Assembly (NCBI GenBank): GCA_002189035.1
Contig: NEEC01000015.1
Span: forward strand, 558,001 to 622,000
Origin: Utricularia gibba
Lineage: Eukaryota; Plantae; Magnoliophyta
Length of the DNA stretch: 64,000 nt
Direction of reading: 5' to 3'
Shown here: positions 11,534 to 21,900 of the stretch, one piece after another
How positions within the stretch are numbered: the first letter of the stretch is position 1
Layout: every line of letters begins with the position of its first letter
Translations under genes and position numbers: made by a program
Notes under the pieces: model-generated
The model's input: only the letters and a program-made list of their open reading frames with translations
What the model was told of the DNA's origin: nothing
Databases searched by the model: none

Positions 11534-13142
11534 CTAAATTCCTCTCCGAGATTCCAGCTTCTTCGTGTGCTCCAACAATATCTGTCCTTGGCAAGCAACA
11601 AATAGAGAAATGAGAATCGTTGAACACGAGATAGAAAAAAAAAAAAAAAAAAAAAACACAAAAGATGATATTGCGTTTTTTGTTGCCTATTGGTCAGAAG
11701 AAAAATTTCATACTCACCTCACGAATGTAACTAGCTACCGCTTTACATCCTTCAATGGCAAGTTGCATAACATTTTCAAAGGTGTCCATTTGCAGTTTGG
11801 CATCCATCTGCATTGACCATGGCACTCCAATTTAAGTAAAAAGAACAAACCTTCCACAGTTCAAAAACGGCAGCACAGTCAATAGACACGTGTAACAACC
11901 TGAAGTAATGTCACTTTGTCTATCTTGGAGAGGAAACCAACAGTAACATCTGGGCCACCAGCACTATCCTCTACATAGTTTAGATCTATTTCATAGCCAA
12001 ATGATGAACAATGAGACTAGTATGGGATCCTTCGCACAATGGATGATGAAAAAAAACCTCAAGTACCTAGGAGGGGTGTCCCATTGAGGTATCCAGCAGC
12101 ACATGATGTAACAAGATCTTGCATAGGAATACCGGCGTCAGCAAGCGCCAATGTTGCAGCATTTATACACGCTGATCTTGTACCTATACGAAGGCACAGT
12201 TAAATACTATTTAAGTTGAGAAACTTATAGAAGCATATGAGGATAAAGGATGGTACTGCATCACCTCCATCAGCTTGAAGCACCTGCACAAAAATGTCAA
12301 TCTGCAAAAGAAACATGCGCATTTTAGGTTTGATGGGGAACAGAAGCTACAAGGAGAAACTCTTAGTGCAACATGGGAACATTCTATTAGAAAGAAAAAC
12401 CTGAGAGCGAGGCATTAAATGTGTAAGTATACATGCTTCCATTGTCTGGCGAACAACCAGAGATATCTCGGTAGACCGCCTGCGCCCAACATCAAGATAA
12501 CTACCAAGTCGAAATAAAATACCGCAAAATCCATACTCACTCATCAAAAGCAATAAAACTTGTCATTGCACGGGCCAAATTTAAGTATCTACGACTTAAA
12601 AGAAGGTGTTTACCGATCACCCTTTGGCTTCCTCATCCGAGCACCTGTGCTGAAATTAGCCATACTATATTCGCATCTTACCTGAAAAGCGATTTAAGGC
12701 ATCATCCAAATAACAACGAAAGCCGAAGAACTTGGTTAAAAGCTGCTAGGGCACAGGAGTTACCAACGCCTTATCATTGAGTTGCTGACTCCTATTCTGA
12801 ACCTCTCTTGGACCGTATACTGCAGCAATAACTTTAGTGTTACCCATTTCAAAAACAGCCGAGCTGCACACATACAGTAAAACTAAAATCATCTCAACGA
12901 CAATCAGATGTTAAATAATTTTATGTATCAAGTCTTGACCACAATAACAGTACCCATCAGCTTTTGATACCACGCCAATTTCTGCGCGAAGCTGTCTCAT
13001 CTGTAAACGAGGAAACCATGAAATCTGAAACACTGAAAAAAGTGTGACCTTCAATCCGAACAAGAAATATTTAGAACCATACCTCCATCGGCCGCCGCCC
13101 GTCTAGACGCAAACCTTCGGGATTCACATACTCCACATTCAT
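11534..13142 (-). CDS. RRP41: Exosome complex component RRP41 (RNase PH family)
   Basis: EYVNPEGLRLDGRRPME|MRQLRAEIG, SAVFEMGNTKVIAAVYGPRE, VLQADGGTRSACINAATLALADAGIPM, C-terminal ILLEHTKKLESRRGI*. Confidence 0.95.
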
Positions 13143-13255
13143 TATGGTAAACCTTAACCCAAAATTCCTCTGCACCGGAAAACGAGCAACCAGCGGACGG
13201 CGGTTGGAAGCAATGACACAAGGATCGACAAGGCTCAATTCAATATAAATATATA

Positions 13256-13424
13256 AGCCCAAACTAAAATAGAAACATGGGCCTGGGTTCACGAGACCCA
13301 CAAATCTTAAACTAATAACAAATACGCACAGCCCAAAGCAGAATATGCCCAGGACGTGAAGGCCCGCAATAAATTTCTCTCAAAATTCTCCATGAAAATC
13401 GAGTACAAATACAAATTTTGGGCC
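13256..13424. promoter_or_regulatory. Site II (TGGGCY) motif cluster, probable RRP41 promoter
   Basis: AGCCCA at 13256 and 13330; TGGGCC at 13278 and 13419. All lie 110-280 nt upstream of the RRP41 ATG. Confidence 0.55.
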
Positions 13425-13474
13425 CCAATCAAAATCCTCACAAAATACTACATTCCATTCGTTCAAATAGCATG

Positions 13475-15267
13475 TCATGAACCTGATTCTCTTGCTGCAT
13501 CAGCAGAATATCTCCGATCAACGGCAACTTCGACAGGATGGCCACTATTGGATGCAGCTTTTGGTAAATCCAGAAGCATGCTCGGAGGAGCAAAATATAT
13601 GTGTAACGACATCATGCAAATGAAAATTCCCAGAAACAACTGCATTGCGACACTTACATGGAGTGAGTGAGCGGGTTTCTATGGAATGGAACAAGGAGGG
13701 ACCGTAAACACACCTGTAGAGTCGGTCTGAAGCCGAAAAGAAATACAGACATTATCATCGTCAGCAGCATCGCCATGGAAGTTGAATAAACCTGTGAAGC
13801 ACGACCACACAAGAAGAGATAAAGTAGGATTCTCATCAGTTGGGGTGAGGAGAGTACGTCCTTGCATGGATCATTACCTTGACAATATTATCTGCGTACT
13901 TCATTAGCCACGAGACAAGAAGCCCTGTGGAACCGAGATTTAATACCACCATCCATGTGATGATGTTGTATCCGTTGAAAAGGCGCTGCCACCATGGTCC
14001 ATTTTCGAAACCAGTTCTAAAATCATCCAACACAAGCTTTGCCATGTTGAATATTGAACCAAACCTGCAATAAAGTGTTTTTTCACACCAATTAGGTGGA
14101 CTAAATGAGTTGGCAGGGGTGATTACACAGAAAGGACTCACGTGTATAGCTGAGCGTTCTGCCAGTACAGACTATCGTTGTTCCTTTTCATCAGGAATTC
14201 CGTGTAAACCCCAGCCAATGCGGAGAGACATGCTGATAGCACCCCCAGCATATAACCTTGAATCGGTGAGGAGAACAACGAGTCGCAAGGTGCTTCTCCA
14301 CATCCTTTCACCTATTTCAACCAACCAACGTTAGAGAAGATCAATAAAATGCCAATGAAGGAAATAGCTCATACGTAAGTATACGCTTTTAAGTAACAAA
14401 CCATGTTCGTCATCATGGACCCAGAAATAATTCATGTTATATGCATAAGTGACGCTCAAGCTATTATAAGTAACCAAGCTTATGAAGGCACCTGGCTGGT
14501 GGTTGTTCCAATAGCTAATAAAATGATCGCCATCCACTGCAAATTAGAAAGCTTTCTCTTCAGAAATAGCCTACACATACCCAAAAAAAAAAATCTATAT
14601 GATATGTGCTAAAAAAACATTCCAATTCATGAAGTAGAACACCAACCAATTATTTCAAAGAATCAACCTGAAAAGTATTCCAGTTGTAACAATCTTCAAG
14701 TTTCCCATTATCTGGTATGTGGAGGTATCAACAAATGTTAATGTAGCAAACTGCACATTGTTATGAATGAGGTAAATGATTGAAGGGATTGGGAATAGTC
14801 GGATGCTTCTCCAATCAGTTGTTATTTTAGGTGAAGATGAGCTCCTGCACTCCCTCCAGAGTAGAATGCTGGACACCATAAGCTGCATTCGCATACTGAT
14901 GAGTCAATATTGAAAAGTCTCATTCTAAACTTAAAAGAGTGGTTTTTTTCCATGATAACTTTGGCTTCAGCCCTATGTATAGGAACTGAACGACCCGCAT
15001 AGCAACATGAAGTTAAATACCTTAAAAACTTCAGCAAGAAAAGGAATAGTGGCATAATCATATTTGTAAACCCCATTGCTCTGTGACAATGTAGTCAAGA
15101 TTCCCTGTCGAAACACAATCAGAAAGATTAAGCCTCTCTCCTGAGACTATATTTGCATACACAAAAAAACCCACGGCAATCGGAACTTATACTCGAAATC
15201 TAGGAACTGTGACCTGAGAACTGGTTAGGAAGGTGAGCAGTATGGCGACAACATACCATTTCATCAT
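13475..15267 (-). CDS. Nucleotide-sugar transporter, CMP-sialic acid transporter-like (SLC35A, At5g41760-type)
   Basis: MMKWYVVAILLTFLTSSQ|GILTTLSQSNG, YLIHNNVQFATLTFVDTSTYQIMGNLKIVTTGILFR, VVLNLGSTGLLVSWLMKYADNIVK|VYSTSMAMLLT. TGA at 13475-13477. Confidence 0.92.
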
Positions 15268-16438
15268 TTCCTACTCTGTCCTGCAATCATCCAAACATAC
15301 CGCATTAAGGTTACGATGTTGTTGGCTGAAGGGTAGTTTTCATTATTATCGTTTTTTTACCCTTTGCTTTCCCTTTAGTTTAATTTGAGTAAGCAAATGG
15401 GATTGATGACAACGAAACTGAATGAAAAAATTTTATGCGTACAGAATGCCTCACATATCATGCTCATTAAAGCATCTTCGGTTAGATGATCATGAACTTC
15501 ACGAGGAAGTAAGAGACATTTGCACTCTTGTCACGCCTGGAAAGATGCAAACACATTACATGATAGATACCGTATAAACAAAGCAAGAAAAAAAATGAGA
15601 AAATAGCACATTCTTCATTGTAGATCGAGAGACCCAAATCAGCTAAATCATGAAGGAATGAAGACGTACGTCTGTTACACAATAGATTGAACTAATCGAA
15701 ACACAACGCAAGAATGTAAAAAGTAAAATCTCCAAAAGCATCAAGAAAGTGACCCCAAATGAGAATACCTACTTTTTAAAATAAATTCTTGCCTCTTCTA
15801 TCGAGTGCATAACCCTTTTATTCAGATCTGGAGGCATTTTTACAAAGCAACCAACACTCAATTTAGAGCTCCCTTCGGAGAATCACACATCAACTAATAG
15901 AAAATTTTCTCCAACGACAGATGTAATCAATCCCTAGAGAACTAACGTCAAATAAAGAAACATCCTGGACTTTCAGAATCTGAAAATCACCTTCAGTAGA
16001 AATCGAAGTTCCCAGCTGCAAGATACCAAGATCACCGGAATGTCCTCCTCTTTGACTTCCCAGAAGTCTTGATCAGTGGATTAGCACATGAAAGAAATTG
16101 ATGAAGAAAGAAAACCAAAATGGGAGCGAGTAAAGATCCAAACATACAGAACTGAGACTTGGATTCAAGAAACGATCCTCTTCTGAACACATGGGCTTTA
16201 TAGTGCTGTGCCTAACGGTTAGATTCAGCCTGGGTTAGGCTGATCTACAAGATGGGCTTTGTCTCAATGGGCCTGACCATCATGTTAAATGTTTTTTTCA
16301 TTAAATTAAATTAAAATAATATTCAGATATAATTAATTTTGAGAATGGATAATTTTGTAATGACTTGTAAATAAGATAATCAACGGATAAAACGAAATAT
16401 TCTGTGAAACCAAATAAAAATATTTATTTTGGTCTCGA

Positions 16439-16469
16439 CACGTGAAGGCATCTGTTAATTCGCCACGTG
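16439..16469. promoter_or_regulatory. Paired G-box/ABRE elements in the GolS promoter
   Basis: CACGTG at 16439 and 16464, about 90-120 nt upstream of the GolS ATG. Confidence 0.55.
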
Positions 16470-16556
16470 CCGGCTTCTTCCAGTACCTTCTACAGCCCTT
16501 TACAATACCGCACCGTATGAAGAAACTTTGTAACAATATTCTCTGGTTGATCCAAA

Positions 16557-17774
16557 ATGGCTCCGACGATTGTGAATCTCTCTGCAGAGAAGAATGGTCC
16601 TAGATATGCTTACGTGACTTTCTTGGCCGGAGATGGAGACTACGTTAAGGGAGTTGTGGGGCTGGCCAAGGGCCTCCGGAAGGTGAACTCCAAGTACCCG
16701 TTAGTGGTGGCTGTGCTACCGGACGTCCCACCGGAGCACCGCCGCATCGTCGCTGATCAGGGCTGCCTCTTACGTGAGATTCAGCGGGTGTTTCCGAGTA
16801 CTTCTTGTGATGGAACCCCATTTCTCAGACCGTACTTCGTGGTCAACTACTGTAAACTTCGACTGTGGGAGGTAAAAAAACACTCAACCTGTTTGCTTCG
16901 TGTTGATACGTCCGTGTAGTGTAATGCAGGCGCTGGAAGGGAGGTTTTGGTCTTCTGTGGATGTCTAAGCTTGATTTTTTATTGGCTTCTGGAGTGTAGT
17001 TTGTGGAGTACAACAAAATGATATACATGGATGCAGACATACAAGTGTTTGATAACATTGATCACCTTTTTGACTCGCCTGCTGCTGCGGCCCCATTCGC
17101 CGGAGTCCCCGACTGTTTGTGCGAGCTGCACGGCCAGTGTTGCTCGGAAAAGATCCGGTGGCCGAAGGAGCTGGGACCCCAGCCCCGATTTTACTTCAAC
17201 GGCGGCCTGTTCATGTTTCATCCCGCTCTTAAAACCTACAACCAGCTGCTGAGTACCCTTGAGGCCACTCCTCCTACCGCATTCGCCGAGCAGGTAACTC
17301 GCATTTATAGTGTTCAGTAGTGGAACTATAGTTGCGGGAATGTTAAAATTGGGTAGAAGATGCTCGGAAAATCAGGATTGCCCCTTTCTTCTGAATTTGT
17401 GCTTTGAAATTTTCGTGTTTCCTTTGAGGCTGTGTTGTTTGTCGGATGGGTAGGATTTCCTGAACATGTTTTTCCGGGACGCGGCGAAGCCGATGCCGGC
17501 GATGTACAACTTCCTGGTGGCGATGCTGTGGCGGCATCCGGAGTGGGTCGAGCTTGAAAACGTGAAGGTGGTGCACTACTGCGTGGCGGGATCGAAGCCC
17601 TGGAGATACACGGGGAACGAAGAGAACATGGATAGAGCAGATATCAGGATGCTTGTCAAGAAATGGTGGGATATTTACAACGATGCCAACTTGGATCTCA
17701 AGGCCGCCGCCCTCCGGAAGAAGCCCGCACTCCCAAACTCCGGCGCGGTGGCTCGCTGCGCCACCGCCTCCTAG
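16557..17774 (+). CDS. GolS: Galactinol synthase-like glycosyltransferase (GT8), diverged, 3 exons
   Basis: YVTFLAGDGDYVKGVVGLAKGLRKV, EYNKMIYMDADIQVFDNIDHLF (DxD), FAEQDFLNMFF, VHYCVAGSKPWRYTG. Exons: 16557-16871, 17000-17293, 17454-17774. Confidence 0.92.
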
Positions 17775-17974
17775 CTCGGTGGTGGGCTTTGCGAATAGTT
17801 AATGCTGTTCTTTGGAAGTATCATGTACTCTAGAGCATGAACTACTAATAACATCTGCCCCCATTTGATACTGCTATGCACCATTATGTTATCTCCAAGT
17901 AATTAAATCTGGAGTCGGTTAAATTTTTTTTAATGTACATAGAAAAAAATGCACGAATAAAAATTTAGCAATGT

Positions 17975-18014
17975 ATCCCACATCGACTAGCAAAGTGAAT
18001 TGGGCATGTTATAG
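17975..18014 (+). promoter_or_regulatory. Exact match to the plant snRNA upstream sequence element (ATCCCACATCG) followed by a weak TATA-like motif
   Basis: ATCCCACATCG at 17975-17985 matches RTCCCACATCG. TTATAG begins at 18009, 23 nt later. No snRNA body is recognisable downstream. Confidence 0.35.
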
Positions 18015-18016
18015 TG

Positions 18017-18180
18017 TTTAATTAATATAGATTCTGATGTTTTATTAATAGGTGATTTGGTTTAATTTATATAGATTCTAATGTTTTATTAATAGGTGAT
18101 TTTGTTTAATTTATATAAATTCTAATGCTTTATTAATTTATTGAGGTTATTTGGTATAATTTATATAGATTATAATTTTT
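18017..18180. repeat. AT-rich 44-bp tandem repeat, about 3.5 copies
   Basis: Units 18017-18060 and 18061-18104 (TTTAATTTATATAGATTCTAATGTTTTATTAATAGGTGATTTKG), a 50-bp variant at 18105-18154, and a partial fourth unit. Confidence 0.85.
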
Positions 18181-18959
18181 ATATGAAGACTAAAATAAAA
18201 AAAAAATTCAGATTTTAGAATTAATTTAAAAAATTATTAATTTTTTTGAATATCTATTTTAATAATTAATAATAAAATAAATTCAAAAAATTATATTCAT
18301 TATTTTTTTATATATTTCAATATATATATATTATCATATTAAATTTTATAATATATAATTTAAAATACTAAATGCTATAATATAATTTTTATTATCTCAT
18401 AAAATATTTTTATAGCCTTAAAATTTATTATATTTATATAATCCCAAAATTAATTTTATTTTATGTAATCTGAAATACAATTTTAAATTAAAGTACAATA
18501 ATCTGTATGGATATATTAATTCAATGGGTTAGTTGCTGGCCTCGGTTCTTCTGAGGGAGCGGGGCCTGTCGCATCTCATCAATTCCAGTCTTACTTTTTA
18601 AAAATAATATCTAATTTATCTGCTTTTAATCTAAAATATTTGAGTGAATTACGGAGGGTGTGTATACTATTACTCGATGAGCGATTTTCCTAAAGAGGGG
18701 GTTAAAAGTGACACTGCATCCCCTAAAAATCTTTGGGAACTCAAACTGGCGCCATCATTTTTCCGTTTTCTGTGAAGATGGATTGCTAGAGCAGGACTTG
18801 GTGTATATATGTATATGTATTATGTACGCCTAGAGGGAGACTGGACCAAGGGGCAGTACTGGTTTTGTGTCAAGTTGGAGGTTTTATGTTTTCGCTGTAT
18901 TGCAAAGCGATACGAACATGTCTCAGATGATCCCCATAGAGAAGCGTGTGTTCTGAAAC

Positions 18960-21900
18960 ATGGGTGGTTCGAAGAAGAAGAAGAAGCGGGGAGGTGGTGG
19001 AGGTGGCGGGCGGAGATCCCAGATTAGAGACCATCATTCACTTTCCTCTGACAATTCTGATGTTGTGACTGATGAAGTTACCGCATTGTAAGTTGACTTT
19101 TCAATACATGTGGCAGGCTAATGTTTGTATGTCTTTGGCAGTGACTTCTTTTATTGGTTAATGAATCACAGGTGTGCCATATTTCAGGAGGATTGTGAAG
19201 TTGTCTCTGAGCCTCTTCAAGTAAACATCAAGCTCAGGTTCTAGATTGATATGGGGATCTTGTTTTTTGTGTCAGCATTTTACTTTCTAATTGTGGTGGA
19301 TGATGCAGGCCGTACTCAATGGACAGTACAAGTGAGGCTTTTGCGGTACTTTCAGTGAGGTCTGTATGGATTGTGATTTTTCCTAGAATTCTTTGTGTTA
19401 CTTTGAGTTGATCGCCCCATTGGTATAGATTCTTACAAGGCTATCCGTACAAATGTCCCAAGCTTGAGATAGTCCCGAGAAAGGGGTGACAGAAACTGAA
19501 GCTAACAATCTTTTGTCACGACTTATCGAACAGGTTTGTTTACAATGGTTTCTTTTCATTGAGCTTCTGTAATGTTCATGTGGTTCCCTTTCATGTAGCG
19601 GTTGACTTGCAATCTTTTCTGCCTAGACTTTCTGGATTTGATAATGATTGCAATTTGCAATTTTTATGATACAGAATATGTAGCTTGTATGGCTTTTGGA
19701 AACTCTCTTTGGTGTTTCCCTAATTTTTGTTGGAGATAAATTATGTGTTCGCAAGTTGGTAAATCCTAGCACATCGCATCGTATTACAACTGTGCGTTAT
19801 GTGCCCTGAGAAGTATTGTCGATTTGAGTCCTAAATTTTAATGAAATGAATTACGAATCAAGTTTTACTCAGTTGATGTGTTTCGGTTGCCAATTTTTTG
19901 AACCATGGCGTTCTCTCATATTGTTTGATTAATGAAATGAATTCTATACGGTTGATGCCTTTGGGATGCCATACAACATTGAATTTTGGTTTCAGGCCAA
20001 TTCTAATGCTAGAGAAGGCCGTGTAATGATCTTCAATTTGGTTGAGGCTGCCCAAGAGTTTTTGTCAGAGATAGTTCCACCAGTTGATGCACATAAACTT
20101 GTAAGCGTTTCTTTTTGTTCCGTAGTTTCCTATGTCGAGTTCTTCAAGAACAGTAAAACGGATATATTACCAGCTTCATACTTTCTAATCTGGCTGTGAT
20201 TGATGTTTTTTGGTCTGCATTAAAATTCCTAATAATTGTGTTTTTCATATGTTGTTTCACTGAGACAAGTAATGATTTTTTTTCAATGCATTCTTGCCTA
20301 ATGGAATTACAACTCTTGCTTTGATCGTTTATATTCTCTAACTGAAATAATTTTGAACAATATTGAAATTTTCATCAAAACAAAATGAAGCTCAGAAATG
20401 GCTTAGAGGTCTTGAATGTTAATGCTAGAGTGGACATTATATCCAACTATTTTATCACTCATTGAGTAATCATTCACAAATAGAATGCCAATTGAGCATA
20501 CAACTTAAACGATATATAGAGTTATTAAATTTCTAGGTCTGTTTTATGTACCTTGTCGTAAGAGCCAAGATATTCCTCAGTGCTTTGCTGCTGTATTCTA
20601 GGTGCCAAGCCATGAAATAAGCAAGCGGAAAGAGTCTTTGGAGGACTGTCCAACAATCTCAAGTGCCAGAATATTTTCTGTCGGAATATCTTTTGTATGC
20701 AGTCATGTAGATCTCTTCGTTGGTTGTGGGGAGTTCTGGCAGTGGAACCTGGGAGTGGAGGAAGCCAATGAGAAAGCATCTCCTCCGACTGTTGAAAGTT
20801 TGAATCCTGGAAACTCAAATTTGGGCAAGCACCTGGAAACACACATGAAGCTTTCAGAGGGAAAAAATGATAAGGACTTGCACAAAAAGTCACTAGTTCT
20901 AGGAACTGTTGACGAAGAGAGTGGTGAAACAGAAAGTGCTGATTCAAGCCAAAGTGATGGAGTTAAATCGGTCAGTGATTCTAAGGCACTGCGATTTCTT
21001 TATTATTTGTTCTCCTCCCTTGTCATAATTTGTTTATTTATTATCTGTTCCCTTTGGCCAGTGTTCCAAGGCCGTTTTTGTAGTTTTTACTGTTTTCCCC
21101 TGCTCATGATTTTTCATTTTCATTATCTTATGGGCCAAAGGCCTTATGACGTTGTGGCTTTAACAGCATTTAATTAATATGCTTTTTGCAATATGGGGCC
21201 CTATATATAAACCATATTATTATAGCATCATAGAATCCAGAATGCATGTTTTGATCCATGTTCTTGAGAAATGCTAAAGGATTTCATTCTGGCATTCATT
21301 TATTTGGTAAACACTATTCAAGACTTTTAGGTTGGAGAAAATACGACTTCATGCTTTGTACATATACGTCAATCTAATAAGAATTAAGTGTTTTTGAAAA
21401 GTTTGGTGATTTTGGAGCTTGTATCTATGTGCGAGCCTCATAAGGTGGTTTTTTGACCTTTTTCTGGAGACACGGATTCTTTTGAAGATTATTTGTAGTT
21501 AGGTTAGTCATGATTTGAATCTTACATGTGCAATTTTGTTTGAGCTTGTTTCACATAGAAGTTAATAATCTCCACATCTCTTTCTATAAAATTTTCTGGC
21601 TGTTGTATTATGTGGGATCAAAATTTGTATGGGTTTTTTATAAGAAGTTTGATACCCAGCCCACATTTCTTGGTACTCTATGCAAGTAGTTTTTTGAATG
21701 CAGGATTTTTTTGTGGAAGCCAATGTTTCTGACTCAGATTATGAAAATATGCCTAGTAGTAATTCATCTTCATCCTCCGAATTTATTGGTGATCAACCTA
21801 CTCAAGTAGTGAAAAGGGATTTGATTTTGGTAATTTCTAATATTTTCTGTACAAGTTTATTATTTTTTTTAGTTTTTCATGCTAGGAGTTATAATTTTCC

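Noticed and set aside
13356-13670. 104-aa plus-strand ORF, and similar antisense ORFs over GS1, HWS, WOX1, kinesin and MUG
   Set aside because: Shadow ORFs opposite real exons, with no independent coding signal.
16219-16246. Short hairpin TAGATTCAGCCT-GGGTT-AGGCTGATCTA between the divergent transporter and GolS genes
   Set aside because: An 11-bp stem is too short for a miRNA precursor and matches no mature miRNA I know.
9495-17774. bZIP plus G-box-bearing GolS as a linked regulon
   Set aside because: G-boxes in GolS promoters are common, and physical proximity adds no evidence.
18520-18595. GC-rich island with a small hairpin inside AT-rich DNA
   Set aside because: No tRNA A/B boxes, Sm site or snoRNA boxes, and too far from the USE at 17975 to be its transcript.
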